Shown: positions 30,783 to 41,070 of the stretch, piece after piece
Numbering within the stretch: position 1 is the first letter of the stretch
How the letters are laid out: every line of letters begins with the position of its first letter
NCBI GenBank assembly: GCA_000002445.1
Contig: CP000071.1
Coordinates: forward strand, 672,001 to 736,000
From: Trypanosoma brucei
Taxonomy: Eukaryota
Direction: 5' to 3'
DNA length: 64,000 nucleotides
Position numbers and translations under genes: made by a program
Notes under the pieces: generated by a model
Seen by the model: only the letters and a program-made list of their open reading frames with translations
Told to the model about the DNA's origin: nothing
The model's database searches: none

Positions 30783-30810
30783 GGAGGAGGAGGAGGAGGA
30801 GGAGGAGGAG
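30783..30810. repeat. (GGA)9 trinucleotide repeat, intergenic.
   Basis: The sequence reads ggaggaggaggaggaggaggaggaggag. Confidence 0.9.
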
Positions 30811-31249
30811 TGATTGTTCTTATTATATGCTAGCGAAGGTATCGGACTAACTGACAAGGGGCTTCCACACAACATAATTTTTTTTCTTTGGTGGTTAAAA
30901 GTTCTGTGTGCTGTGGGCTTATTCGCGATCGACAAACTACAATGGTTTGGGGTGTACGAGTTGATGGAAAGTTATACATGGCTATCACCAACTTTTCCCT
31001 CACACTGAGCCGTTTCCGCCCATGCATTCCTCTCACGTCTTACCATGCGTGCTTATCTACGTCTATTCCTCTTTGATACTGTGAACCAATGTTACCATGA
31101 AGATAAAAGATATATATATATATATAGTACGCAGGAAAGCAGGGGAACGAAAAAGAAACCCCGGATAAAGTGGTGAAGATAAAGTTGGTTATTTATTATT
31201 ATTTTTTTTTATTTTTTTTGTGTGTGGGAACCCACATTAGTGCGTTGGG

Positions 31250-31636
31250 GTGTTACCAAGCAAACGTAGAAAAAAAGGGCTGATGAACCGGTTCTGCCGG
31301 CCATTCGCCGCAGCAACTTCATTACGTGTCGGTTCATCTGAACGCTGCAGCAGTCGAGCAGCGCTTATGGTATCGACACGTGGAAAATATGTGAGGCAAC
31401 CCAGTCCTCAGTGGGACCCCGTACATGAAGATATAAATGCACATGTGAAGAAGCGGATTCCGGGCGAAACCCGGGTGGACCGCGTGCGGCGATTTGCCCG
31501 GGAGTGGCGTAATGTAGAATTGGAGCTTGGGGTCTACAAGGACTCACGAGGTCGTGAAATTAAGTACCGCAAAACGTTTGTTTACCGTTACACGTACCCC
31601 AACGCATTCGATGAGTTTTGGTGGCCGTGCAAGTGA
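31250..31636 (+). CDS. Hypothetical small basic protein, 128 aa.
   Basis: A + strand ORF with a basic, Arg-rich N-terminus that may be a mitochondrial targeting peptide. No family recognised. Confidence 0.3.
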   Translation: MLPSKRRKKGLMNRFCRPFAAATSLRVGSSERCSSRAALMVSTRGKYVRQPSPQWDPVHEDINAHVKKRIPGETRVDRVRRFAREWRNVELELGVYKDSRGREIKYRKTFVYRYTYPNAFDEFWWPCK

Positions 31637-32488
31637 TGAAGCAAAAGAAAGTATTTATATACATATACATATATGTGTGTGTGTAGAAAATACTTCGTTG
31701 CAACTTGAGCAACGGAGTGTTGTTGTGGAGGGGAGAGGAAGTGATCGCAATTGGAGAAGCTCAGGAAAGAGGAAAGTCGCGTGTGTTCTGATTTAAAAAA
31801 AAAAAAATAGAACAAACCTATATCAGAGATAGTAGTGTACAATTGTAGGAGTGAAAGTTGTAGTTACAGCTGTAGGCATTGTGGGGAGAAGGGGTTTTAC
31901 ATTCGATATAGTTTCAGTGTGTTGATCCGATGCGAATGTGGCGCGGAAAGAATAAGAAAGGGAGCGGGAAGGATAAGATTATTGCTTCGAGCATGCGCAT
32001 GAATTTGAAGACCATTTGGTATGACTCGTGTGACGCTGACTGAAAAAGAGGAAGAGTTAATTGTTACGCCGAGATGGACAACGCCTGCCTTCCGCTGACA
32101 AGTTTCTCCATTTGTCTTCCTTCATGTCAATGCTGTTGATTGTGACGGATTCATTTGTCACGAGGTTTGATTTTCGCTTTTGTCCTAATGTGTTTGATGT
32201 GAACCCCACTGGGTGTGCGTGAGCGGAGCGAATAAAATGAAAGAAATTATGTGAATGGCCTAGGCGCCATGCCCCAATGCTCGCACCTTTCTCTTTGTTT
32301 TTGTATTTATTCCGAAATGCCAATAATATAATATCTGCTACTTTCACCTTGAACTTTATATAACATTATCCATCATGTTAACGAATGGAAATGATGCATG
32401 AATATATACATTAAGTGAACATATTTGTCTAGCCTCTGGACAGTCCCATAGTGAAACGCATACGGAACCGCCAAAGGGGGGTTGGGAA

Positions 32489-33568
32489 ATGGAGGCGGGC
32501 ACATCCCCAATTCGGGCAGGAAGCAGCGACGGCGGTGGTTCGGTAAGAGGTGATATCTTTAGACGTCACAGTGTGAACAGCGGTGAAAACAACATGAATG
32601 ACAACAAGGACAACGACTCCAACACTGAGTGGTCGGAGCAGTTTCGATTAATAGCCAGGCGCATGAGCCGCGCGCTGCTACGAAACCCACATCCAGACGT
32701 GCAAACTGATAAACGTGTCATGTACGGGGTGTTGTATGAGTTGTTCGAGCAGTGGTCGGAGCGGCAACAGCGCGCCCATTCCGTCAGTTTAACCGTAGAG
32801 CAGGTGGGAAGTATACTTCGGTATGGGGAGCAGACGTTGCGCCAGGCTTCGCTTACAGCGCCAGCACTTAATAAAGCACAGGTGGTGGTAGATCTCATCG
32901 CCGCATCTCCACTGATCACTATTGGGGCACTCACACAAGAGCTACGTGGCCTTCAACCACCTGTCGTGCTGACGCCAATGGCGGAGGTGTTGGAACTTGC
33001 CCGTTTGCTTGACGTTTCACAAGGAGTCCGCACGCCCGTTGGAGCGGTTAATCTTGTGCATTTCATCGCCCTGAGTTCGACGCTCTGCCCGGCGCCCGAT
33101 ATGGGAGCCCTGCTGTTGCTGGTCGCATCAAACGTTAAGCGCTGCCATCTTTTGTGCGCAGCCATTTACTACGAGTGGGCGATGATTGATGCGCAAAACC
33201 GCGAGGGACTGCTTCTTCTCTCGAGAGAGTTGGAAGAGAAACACCAACAGATGTGTGAGGGGTTCACGGTTGACATTTTAACGCCCCTACTTACTGGGTC
33301 GTTTGAACCATTTGGTGCCCGCCCAACCGACCCTGTTGCCGTTGACTATTTGGGAATGGGGAGTCTTCCGTGCACCGGTACCGCTGAGGAGCAGCAAAGG
33401 TGTCACCAACTAGCACCCCCCAGTGGGAATGAACTTGAGCCCACGTGTGAGGATAGCGACACTGGTGGCCACGGGGAGGGGGACTGTGAATCTTCTGTGG
33501 AGGATGAATACGACAGTGACTGTAGAGATACCGTGGACACGGAGTTCTGGCTTAGGTTGAGCAGCTAA
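32489..33568 (+). CDS. Hypothetical protein, 359 aa, with an acidic C-terminus.
   Basis: A + strand ORF with coding-like composition. The C-terminal acidic patch is EDSDTGGHGEGDCESSVEDEYDSD. Confidence 0.45.
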   Translation: MEAGTSPIRAGSSDGGGSVRGDIFRRHSVNSGENNMNDNKDNDSNTEWSEQFRLIARRMSRALLRNPHPDVQTDKRVMYGVLYELFEQWSERQQRAHSVSLTVEQVGSILRYGEQTLRQASLTAPALNKAQVVVDLIAASPLITIGALTQELRGLQPPVVLTPMAEVLELARLLDVSQGVRTPVGAVNLVHFIALSSTLCPAPDMGALLLLVASNVKRCHLLCAAIYYEWAMIDAQNREGLLLLSRELEEKHQQMCEGFTVDILTPLLTGSFEPFGARPTDPVAVDYLGMGSLPCTGTAEEQQRCHQLAPPSGNELEPTCEDSDTGGHGEGDCESSVEDEYDSDCRDTVDTEFWLRLSS

Positions 33569-33909
33569 AACGAAGGCTACAAATCGAGTAGGTTCCATAG
33601 AAGGAACAAGGGGAGAGATTTACGACCACACATTTGGTTCATTTACTCATTATTGATGGGGGAGGGGGATTCCTGGAGAGGCGGTAAGAGTTCTTTCAGC
33701 GAGCCCCATCCTATCATTCCTTGATTAGAGGCCAAGTGCGGGTGTGGATGGAGCCCTTTGTTGGTGTTTCTGTATAATTTGATCCTTGCTTCCTTCCTCT
33801 TACTTAGTTGGAACATAATCATCTGTCAACTTAAACGGTGTACCACCGTTATGAAAATGGACCTCTTAACTACTTCTCTTGCCACCTGACGCAGTGTTGA
33901 GGCTCTCAG

Positions 33910-34488
33910 GTGCTTGTGCCCAGGACAATGACTGACCCCTTCTATAGGTTACGGCGGCGCTGCCTCTTCCTGTTCGACCGTGGTGCGATTGGGGAAGCAC
34001 TTTCGAAGCCCGACATGCTTAAACGCGTCGACGCCATCCTGCAGCAAGCAAGGCAGTCAAATGGGGTGGAAACTGAATCCACATCCACTGCGGCATGTGG
34101 AGCGGTCGGAACTTTCGATGAGTTATGCGTGTGCATTAGCAGGTGGCAGCGGAGACGACAATTCGCCGATTGGGAAGAGTGCTTGGAGTGGCTGCTGTTT
34201 CTACAAGAAAGGGTGCAGACCCCTGAAGCAGAACGCGACGCCTACAGATGGGCGTTACGTGAAATGATAACACTTTTCTCGGAAGAAGAACGTGAGTACA
34301 AGGACGCACTGTCTGAAGAAGGGGTTAAGTACTGGAGGAAGACAATTATATCGATGCAACCTTACTTTCACTTTACAAACAGCGCACAGGCCATGGACGT
34401 GGAAGGACGTGAAGGCCACCATCAAGTAAGCTGGAGCATTGGTGGGGAGCTTTCACCGTTGGTACGGCAAGTTTTTTTGCCCTTCTAA
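33910..34488 (+). CDS. Hypothetical protein, 192 aa.
   Basis: A + strand ORF with no recognised domain. Confidence 0.35.
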   Translation: MLVPRTMTDPFYRLRRRCLFLFDRGAIGEALSKPDMLKRVDAILQQARQSNGVETESTSTAACGAVGTFDELCVCISRWQRRRQFADWEECLEWLLFLQERVQTPEAERDAYRWALREMITLFSEEEREYKDALSEEGVKYWRKTIISMQPYFHFTNSAQAMDVEGREGHHQVSWSIGGELSPLVRQVFLPF

Positions 34489-34821
34489 AAAGTAATCGAG
34501 TCGGAGCCCGGACGTGTTAGGGTCGCAACAAAACCCGTAATGATTCTGAAGCCCCTGTGCCTTTGAGTTCGCTTTGGCTATTTCGCTTTCACTCCTTCCC
34601 CAGCTGGCAGTGATATATGTTCCCCCACCACCATATCTGTCGTCATGTCTGCACGCTGTCTGTCCTATTACCCCTGTTTAACCTCCGCCTGTTTGACAGA
34701 CTCTTCTTTAATGATGTTCCAGTATCGCCAATTATAATAGCAACAATAATATGCCTTTCCTCTTCGTTTCCCTTCTATATACAAGGATGCACGGAAAAGT
34801 AGTCACGGAAAGAATCGCAGT

Positions 34822-37800
34822 GTGTCGCGAGTCCTCATACCGCCTTTGCCAGGGGAAATAATGGATGAAGTTGGTGCTCTGACCGTCCAAGATGTTTTAA
34901 CGGTGTGGCTTTGCGACCTTCCGCTTAAGACGACCCTAAAGGATGCACTATCAGGAGTGACACAACTTACAGGTGAAGAGAATATTAACCAGATACTGAG
35001 GTTCCACCCGCCGCATGCCAGTGCGCTGACGCAGTCTGGGGAGTGCAAAGGAATGCTTTCGCTGGTCGGTGAAAAAATCATTAAGGCGGTTGCCTCACAA
35101 TATGCATTACTAAGCTTCCCAGTAGGGGACACCTACAAACTAACCAACGCCACGCGCGTCCTTATATCCAACGAAACCTTCGGAACTGTACTGAAGCAAT
35201 ACACTGGCCCAACTTTCGGTGAGCGTGAAATGTTCACGCGCTTCCTTGCACTTTCCTTGTATGGACACGGGGTGCGGGTTGCCTGCATGTTGCTTCTGCC
35301 GGTGTTCAGGGCGACTCTGCTTGCTAACCAATACGCCATCGATCTACCTGCTGTATTAAACTCCCTCGTACCATGCGCATCTTTTTCTCGTCGGAACCTC
35401 GGGGAAAAGCTTGAGATGCTGCGGGGAGAGCTTGAGAAACGGGGTGTAGTTGTTAAGAGAGTCGTGGAGTCGGGCCCTTGTGGATGGGGTGGGTGTGAAC
35501 GATACACCGTGGAGGTGTTGTATGGCGGGGAGCTGTCGCGGTGCGAGAAGGGAAAGGTGCTGAGTGAGTTTTATCATATTGTCATGGAGGAAGCGAAGAA
35601 AACTATAGCTAACACAGAGGTCAAAAAGCCAAGGACCGTAACTTTCGAACCTGAGCACCTCAAGATGTGGATGCATAATTTGCGTTTCCTGCTGCGCCTC
35701 AGTGACAGGTACAGAGATGAGTTTGACGACAACACGCTTCAGTCGATAAAGCAAAGCGCCGGTTGGATACCGATCAGCGAAGTTCAACAGCTGCTTGAAG
35801 CCCAAGTAACCAGGTCAAACAGGCAGCAGCCACCTGGGCGCGATTGGATATGTGAGCTTGTGAAAAGGCACGATCTCCTGGGGCGATTCCAGGTAGGAAC
35901 CTGTGACGTAGAGGGAAGTGAGTTCGAGGGGCTACAGTGCGCGCGTGCTCTTTACGGTCACGAGGGGCGCAATCTGCTGATGAAGAGTGTATTTGACTCG
36001 TTCAGCACCATCCGTGATCCTGGTGGTCGACCCTCCACTGGATGGATGCGCATTGATGGAAAAAGGATGAAGTTGGTGAGCAAAGACAAAGGTTATTCGC
36101 TACATGACAGCATACCGCATGTCACTATCCATTCGACCGAAAGCCTTCACGCTTTTCAGTGGTATCGCCTAAAAAAACCGTTAGAGGAACAGTATGACGA
36201 AATATTGTCGTCGCGGAAGCCGCTGTACTTTGCGGAGTTTCGTCTTCACGATGCCTTAAATGACGATAGGATGCTAGTGAGGGAATTAAAGGGCATTGGC
36301 GCTGTTCCGCCACAATGGGTCGTTTTTACAGAGCATAATAGAGATGATGACCACCAGAGGAGCACTTTGGTTATTCCGGAAAATTACTTCACTGGAAAGG
36401 TAGCGGTGTTGTGTACGAATGCCGAGGATGTAGCGACCGAAGGCATGATTGACACAAAGGATCGACAGACCCCTGAAGATGAGGAACTTCTAATCGTCTA
36501 CAAAACCTGGCTACTGTCAGCAGATACACAAAACTCCGGTGACAGCAAAGATGGTGAGGAGAACCTGTCTCCACGCCACAGGCTGCCCGCCCACCATACC
36601 TCAACCGGTGCTACTAGCAGTGATGACAAAGGGACGACTTCGGTTGGAGCACACGATTGTGTGGTGATGGACCAGGCAGAGCAGCCCAGCGTACCGACTG
36701 CAGACTATATGGAGATGCTTCTGGATGAGGAGAAGAGAAAGATAGAGCTTTTCGAAAATACAAACACGTACGCCACTTTCGTAGCCTTTCCCAAGTACAA
36801 TCTTCATGGTGCTCAGATCCAAAACCGCTCCAAGGGCATTGCAGCATTTAAGACATGGATACAGGAACGGGGGTTGAAGTACTCTCGTTGGCGTACCGGA
36901 GAGAATGACCAGGAGGAAACATATGAGGTGCGCAAACCGCGCAACTGGAGTGCTGAGTTCGTGGAGTGTATAGCAGGAGAGCTGGGACTTACTCACATGC
37001 CTGACAAAACACTTCTCAAGTGGGCAACTACACGGGAGTGTGAGGATAAGGAACAGAACTATGAAATATTGGAATTTATCGGCGATGCCATAATGGATTT
37101 TATAGTGGTATCAGACAGCTTTCTTCTGGGGGAGCCCTGGCACAAGGATGTTAATACCAAACTGTGCTGCAACGAAGTACTAGCCACACTCATTCCACCC
37201 GGACTAAGCGAGGAACTCTCGAGAGTTTATGACGAGGTTCATTACAAGGTTAAAGCAGACATGGTAGAGAGCATTCTGGGAGCAGTGTATCAAAGCGGGA
37301 TGGGGCTTGATGAAGTGCGGAAGCAGCTACGAAGGTTTTTCAGGTGGATCCCCGATATTATCATGGATGTTAAGAACTTGTGTAACTCCACTGTCGAGGC
37401 ACTTCGTGCCGCCGAGAGAGTGTGCCCGTACCTTCATCCGAATGAAGAAGCACTTGACCAGTTATTCAAGTATGATTGTGAATCACTCATTGACGAGGAA
37501 TTCTTTAGTATGTTTGGATGTGTGGATCGCAAACGTTTTGATGCTCGGGGGGCGAGCCACTACGCATTGACACCATTTCACCGGATCCAAGACAAAATGT
37601 TCGCAACACACTTCACCACAGGTTCGTGCTACTCGTACCGTTATGTTCCCTCTATTGATACTCCATCCATATTCAACAGAATTCTTTCCGCATTTTCAGC
37701 TGGATCTATTGCTTTTGTAAATGAACTTGTTACCGAGGATACGCATGTAACAATCGATTTCGATGGTGCCAGTGTCCACGCACACGGTGCTCTGCGCCTC

Positions 37801-39807
37801 ATTTGGAGTTGGTTTATTGGCAAATTCCCCTCAAAATCGTCTATGTTTCTTCTAGACTGCTCAGGAATGTCAGTGGTCACAAACAGGTTAAAGTATTCGT
37901 ACCACATCCACTTTCCACAAGCGGTGACAACTCTAAGCAAATCGAAGTCCTTGGTGGAAGAGCTCCAGTCTTATGTCGTTAAATGCGTGGGTGCGGGCAG
38001 TTTGTTGGGTGACATTGTCGGGTTCCATTGGAAGGAAGGTGAGGGTAACCAAGAAAGGGAAGCGGCCGTAGCGGGACGCGTGATATTGTGCACCAAATTA
38101 TTGCATCAAAGGCTACGCGAAGCCGGGGGGAGAGTTGATGCGAAGTTCTCCGCGTACATGGATTTACAGAGCATCCTTGCACTTGGGCGGACGTGTCGTG
38201 AGATACGTCATGCAACACTCAGCTACCTGTGCGAGAAATTGCATCCAAAGGAACCTTGGGGTTTTGTTGTGATGGGTTGGTCGCGGCATCCCGTCGGCCA
38301 GACCAGCGAACGAGAGCCCCAGTTTGTGCTTGTGCGGACGCTATGGGCCTCTCAACAAGAGAAAGACTACATTGGTACGTTGATTCTTTTTCCCACGGAA
38401 AGTTTGAGTGACACAACCGATGAAACGAGCTCTGTCTGGAAGGCAGTTGTGCGGAAAGTGAAGGAAAAGGAGTGTAAGCCAAAGGAGTTCTTCCTTGAAG
38501 TCGTCAAGTCGAGTCGGGAACAGTGCATTTTCTCTTCGGCTTATTGGGAGCGAGTTATTGATAGCAGTCTACATAGCAGCAGGAAGTTGAGAATGTACTT
38601 GAATGACAAGTTCGATGTGAAGTATGGCCAGGAGTTCCGACCACTTTTTCTCGAAAGACTGGTCAACTCCAGTCAAGAAGTGAGGACAGTGACACCCAAG
38701 GAGAGCAACGTGTCTCGCTTTGTCAGGAGCCAGGAAATGAAGGCTTCAGCAAAAGACAACGGTGAGGAAGAGTACCCGGTTGAGGTTGCACATGGGTCAA
38801 CGCTCCGCCTTGTTTCCCTCCGATGCCCAGGGTACCGCGATGTGTATGGTAAGCTTTGGAACGCGTGGTCAGTAGGAAACAACAGCGACGATACATTTGT
38901 CAGCATCGAGCTCGGCACTCCGGTGGACGACTTGCTACCAGTTTTCGGCGCTGAATATAAAGAGGACGAAATCCTTTCAACGGAATGGACCCGTTTCGTG
39001 GAAGGCGCTTTTGGGCTGCAGCCGAGTGTAGAAACTCTGGGTGGTGGCAGCAGCGAACAGAAAACAGCTGCTTTGCAGCCTGCATACTGGATTTACGACC
39101 CTAAGTTAGGTCAGGCCAACTTTTGCATCGCTGGTGAAGTCGCCTTCTTCATCAGGCCATGTACGTGTCTGTTGGAGGGTCTAACGACACAGGGAGGAAT
39201 GAAACAAATGGTACAATACATTGTACCGACAGTTAAGTTAGAAGACTTGCCGACAAGGGAGTGGATGCGGTCGTATCCTTCAAATTGTTTTCCGCTCTTC
39301 CTAGCACCACGAAAAGGAAGTTGCTTCCAGCCCGCAGGTGAACCACATCCGGTGGTGGCATCTAACGACGGTCAGACAATTACGGTTCAAGCCCCGGTCA
39401 CAGCGGCTGCTGTTACACGTGTCCGTTCTAAGGTCATTGAAGTAACACTCAACAGCAGCACCCAAAGGCCCGTGGACTTTGAACAACTCTACAAGGCGAT
39501 GGATGATGTGTTCAGTGGGTCGTATGGCCCATCCCTTTTTGTCACGTCTGATATGGCGATTTTTTCGGTTTTACTAGACCGCTTCCCATGTGTTGTGACT
39601 CCTGATTATTTCAAGTCTTCAGTGTCGGAGGACTATACAATCCATAACGGCCGCACCTTTCACTACATCTTTATTATGGACAATGCGTGCGACCACTACC
39701 AACACACAAAGGTTTCCACAGGCCTGCTGGAACTGCTAGACAAGGAAGTCGGTATGATATTAGTGACGAGTGCAACTATACAAAAATTTTTTCGCACAAA
39801 CCGCTGA
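34822..39807 (+). CDS. DCL1: Dicer-like RNase III protein; its architecture matches trypanosome DCL1.
   Basis: A 1661-aa ORF. It carries the RNase III signature NYEILEFIGDAIMDFIVVSDSFLL. A degenerate RNase III-like stretch, GMLSLVGEKIIKAVASQYALL, lies near the N-terminus. No helicase or PAZ motifs are visible. It sits immediately upstream of an ABC transporter gene, the arrangement I recall for T. brucei DCL1. Confidence 0.7.
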   Translation: MSRVLIPPLPGEIMDEVGALTVQDVLTVWLCDLPLKTTLKDALSGVTQLTGEENINQILRFHPPHASALTQSGECKGMLSLVGEKIIKAVASQYALLSFPVGDTYKLTNATRVLISNETFGTVLKQYTGPTFGEREMFTRFLALSLYGHGVRVACMLLLPVFRATLLANQYAIDLPAVLNSLVPCASFSRRNLGEKLEMLRGELEKRGVVVKRVVESGPCGWGGCERYTVEVLYGGELSRCEKGKVLSEFYHIVMEEAKKTIANTEVKKPRTVTFEPEHLKMWMHNLRFLLRLSDRYRDEFDDNTLQSIKQSAGWIPISEVQQLLEAQVTRSNRQQPPGRDWICELVKRHDLLGRFQVGTCDVEGSEFEGLQCARALYGHEGRNLLMKSVFDSFSTIRDPGGRPSTGWMRIDGKRMKLVSKDKGYSLHDSIPHVTIHSTESLHAFQWYRLKKPLEEQYDEILSSRKPLYFAEFRLHDALNDDRMLVRELKGIGAVPPQWVVFTEHNRDDDHQRSTLVIPENYFTGKVAVLCTNAEDVATEGMIDTKDRQTPEDEELLIVYKTWLLSADTQNSGDSKDGEENLSPRHRLPAHHTSTGATSSDDKGTTSVGAHDCVVMDQAEQPSVPTADYMEMLLDEEKRKIELFENTNTYATFVAFPKYNLHGAQIQNRSKGIAAFKTWIQERGLKYSRWRTGENDQEETYEVRKPRNWSAEFVECIAGELGLTHMPDKTLLKWATTRECEDKEQNYEILEFIGDAIMDFIVVSDSFLLGEPWHKDVNTKLCCNEVLATLIPPGLSEELSRVYDEVHYKVKADMVESILGAVYQSGMGLDEVRKQLRRFFRWIPDIIMDVKNLCNSTVEALRAAERVCPYLHPNEEALDQLFKYDCESLIDEEFFSMFGCVDRKRFDARGASHYALTPFHRIQDKMFATHFTTGSCYSYRYVPSIDTPSIFNRILSAFSAGSIAFVNELVTEDTHVTIDFDGASVHAHGALRLIWSWFIGKFPSKSSMFLLDCSGMSVVTNRLKYSYHIHFPQAVTTLSKSKSLVEELQSYVVKCVGAGSLLGDIVGFHWKEGEGNQEREAAVAGRVILCTKLLHQRLREAGGRVDAKFSAYMDLQSILALGRTCREIRHATLSYLCEKLHPKEPWGFVVMGWSRHPVGQTSEREPQFVLVRTLWASQQEKDYIGTLILFPTESLSDTTDETSSVWKAVVRKVKEKECKPKEFFLEVVKSSREQCIFSSAYWERVIDSSLHSSRKLRMYLNDKFDVKYGQEFRPLFLERLVNSSQEVRTVTPKESNVSRFVRSQEMKASAKDNGEEEYPVEVAHGSTLRLVSLRCPGYRDVYGKLWNAWSVGNNSDDTFVSIELGTPVDDLLPVFGAEYKEDEILSTEWTRFVEGAFGLQPSVETLGGGSSEQKTAALQPAYWIYDPKLGQANFCIAGEVAFFIRPCTCLLEGLTTQGGMKQMVQYIVPTVKLEDLPTREWMRSYPSNCFPLFLAPRKGSCFQPAGEPHPVVASNDGQTITVQAPVTAAAVTRVRSKVIEVTLNSSTQRPVDFEQLYKAMDDVFSGSYGPSLFVTSDMAIFSVLLDRFPCVVTPDYFKSSVSEDYTIHNGRTFHYIFIMDNACDHYQHTKVSTGLLELLDKEVGMILVTSATIQKFFRTNR

Positions 39808-41070
39808 TGGGACTTAGTGCCGTAAACCAAAACTGGGGGTTTGGGTTCCCTTCTCGTCTGCTAAAGAAAATGGGAAAAAACACTGAATTTTGTATAGGAG
39901 AGAGGGAAAGAGGGGGAGCATCCTTTACCTGCAGCCGGTCTCTGGTTAAGGGGTGTATGAACTACGAAAAAAGGGAGTAAATGACACCCGGTGGTCAAAC
40001 TGCTGAGGTGTGGTTTGGTGTGCTTCTCGGCAACCGAATCCGCGAGGTTTTGAGTGGGTGTGAAGAATTTACTCCTCGGCAAGTTGTAGCCGGTAAGCTC
40101 AACAGACCGCAGTTTGAGCAGCCTGGTAGTACATAAATTGACAGCGAACGTTAACCACATGCCTATTTTTTTTTTAGCGGTCGTGAGGATCGTAGGGATG
40201 ACTCCACTTCTTTTCACATTGTTGCAATTAAAATGTTCGGCGTTGTCGAGGAGAAATCGATGTGACACATGCTTCTCGTCGGTCCGTGTGAAGAGAGTGC
40301 AGTTTGCACAACCATAGGTGGGGTGGGTGGCGCATCTGCCCTCTGGAAACAGTTTTGACGCCTCCCGCTCCCTTTGTTTTACCACATCCTCACCGTTAAT
40401 ACTTTTCTTGGTTTCAAACATCTCTGGGTAGTAGGGGGTGGAATGATCATTGTTTTAGCGCTCATCCTAAGTTTTGAAGAATGAATGTTGAAAGGACACT
40501 AATACCATGGGCAAAGGGAAACTGACCTCTTTTTTGTCGTTTTTTTTTTTTTTCGCTCCCTCTCGACCTTCCCCAATCGTGACCCCGGTCTCACCTCACT
40601 TGAAACGATCATATGGGCTGTTTTTTCCAAGAAGCAACGGATGCCGGTAACGGCCTGCAGCCATCTTTACACCGCCGGGGGTGGAGGGTGACTTGCATTG
40701 CAGAACGAAGAGAGCAGTTACGGATGGGCGTGATGTTTGTCAGTTGTCCTTTCTCCTTAACTCTTCGGGGAGTTTACATTTCTTCGGGCAGCGGCAATAT
40801 TGTGTTCACCACTGTGTGTGCACCGGAGCCAGTAAGTAACAACTTTGGGATGGATCATTGTTTCCCATCATTCAAACCGTATAGGTAACCTGTCGCGCAT
40901 AAGATGCCTTTTCTTTTTTTCGCTTCGTTGTGGTTCTCTTCTCTTTATGATCATTATTTCAATCCAACTCTTTTGTATTCATCTTTCGTGATAGCCCTTA
41001 TTGTTGCCCTTGTCACAAGGTGTATACATTTTTTTAAAGAAAATATTTTTGTTCAATTAGCAGCCAGGAT

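Noticed and set aside
35133-36996. Minus-strand ORFs of 124 to 149 aa inside the DCL1-like gene.
   Set aside because: They are antisense to a 1661-aa ORF that carries an RNase III signature. They have no homology and are on the opposite strand to the transcription unit.
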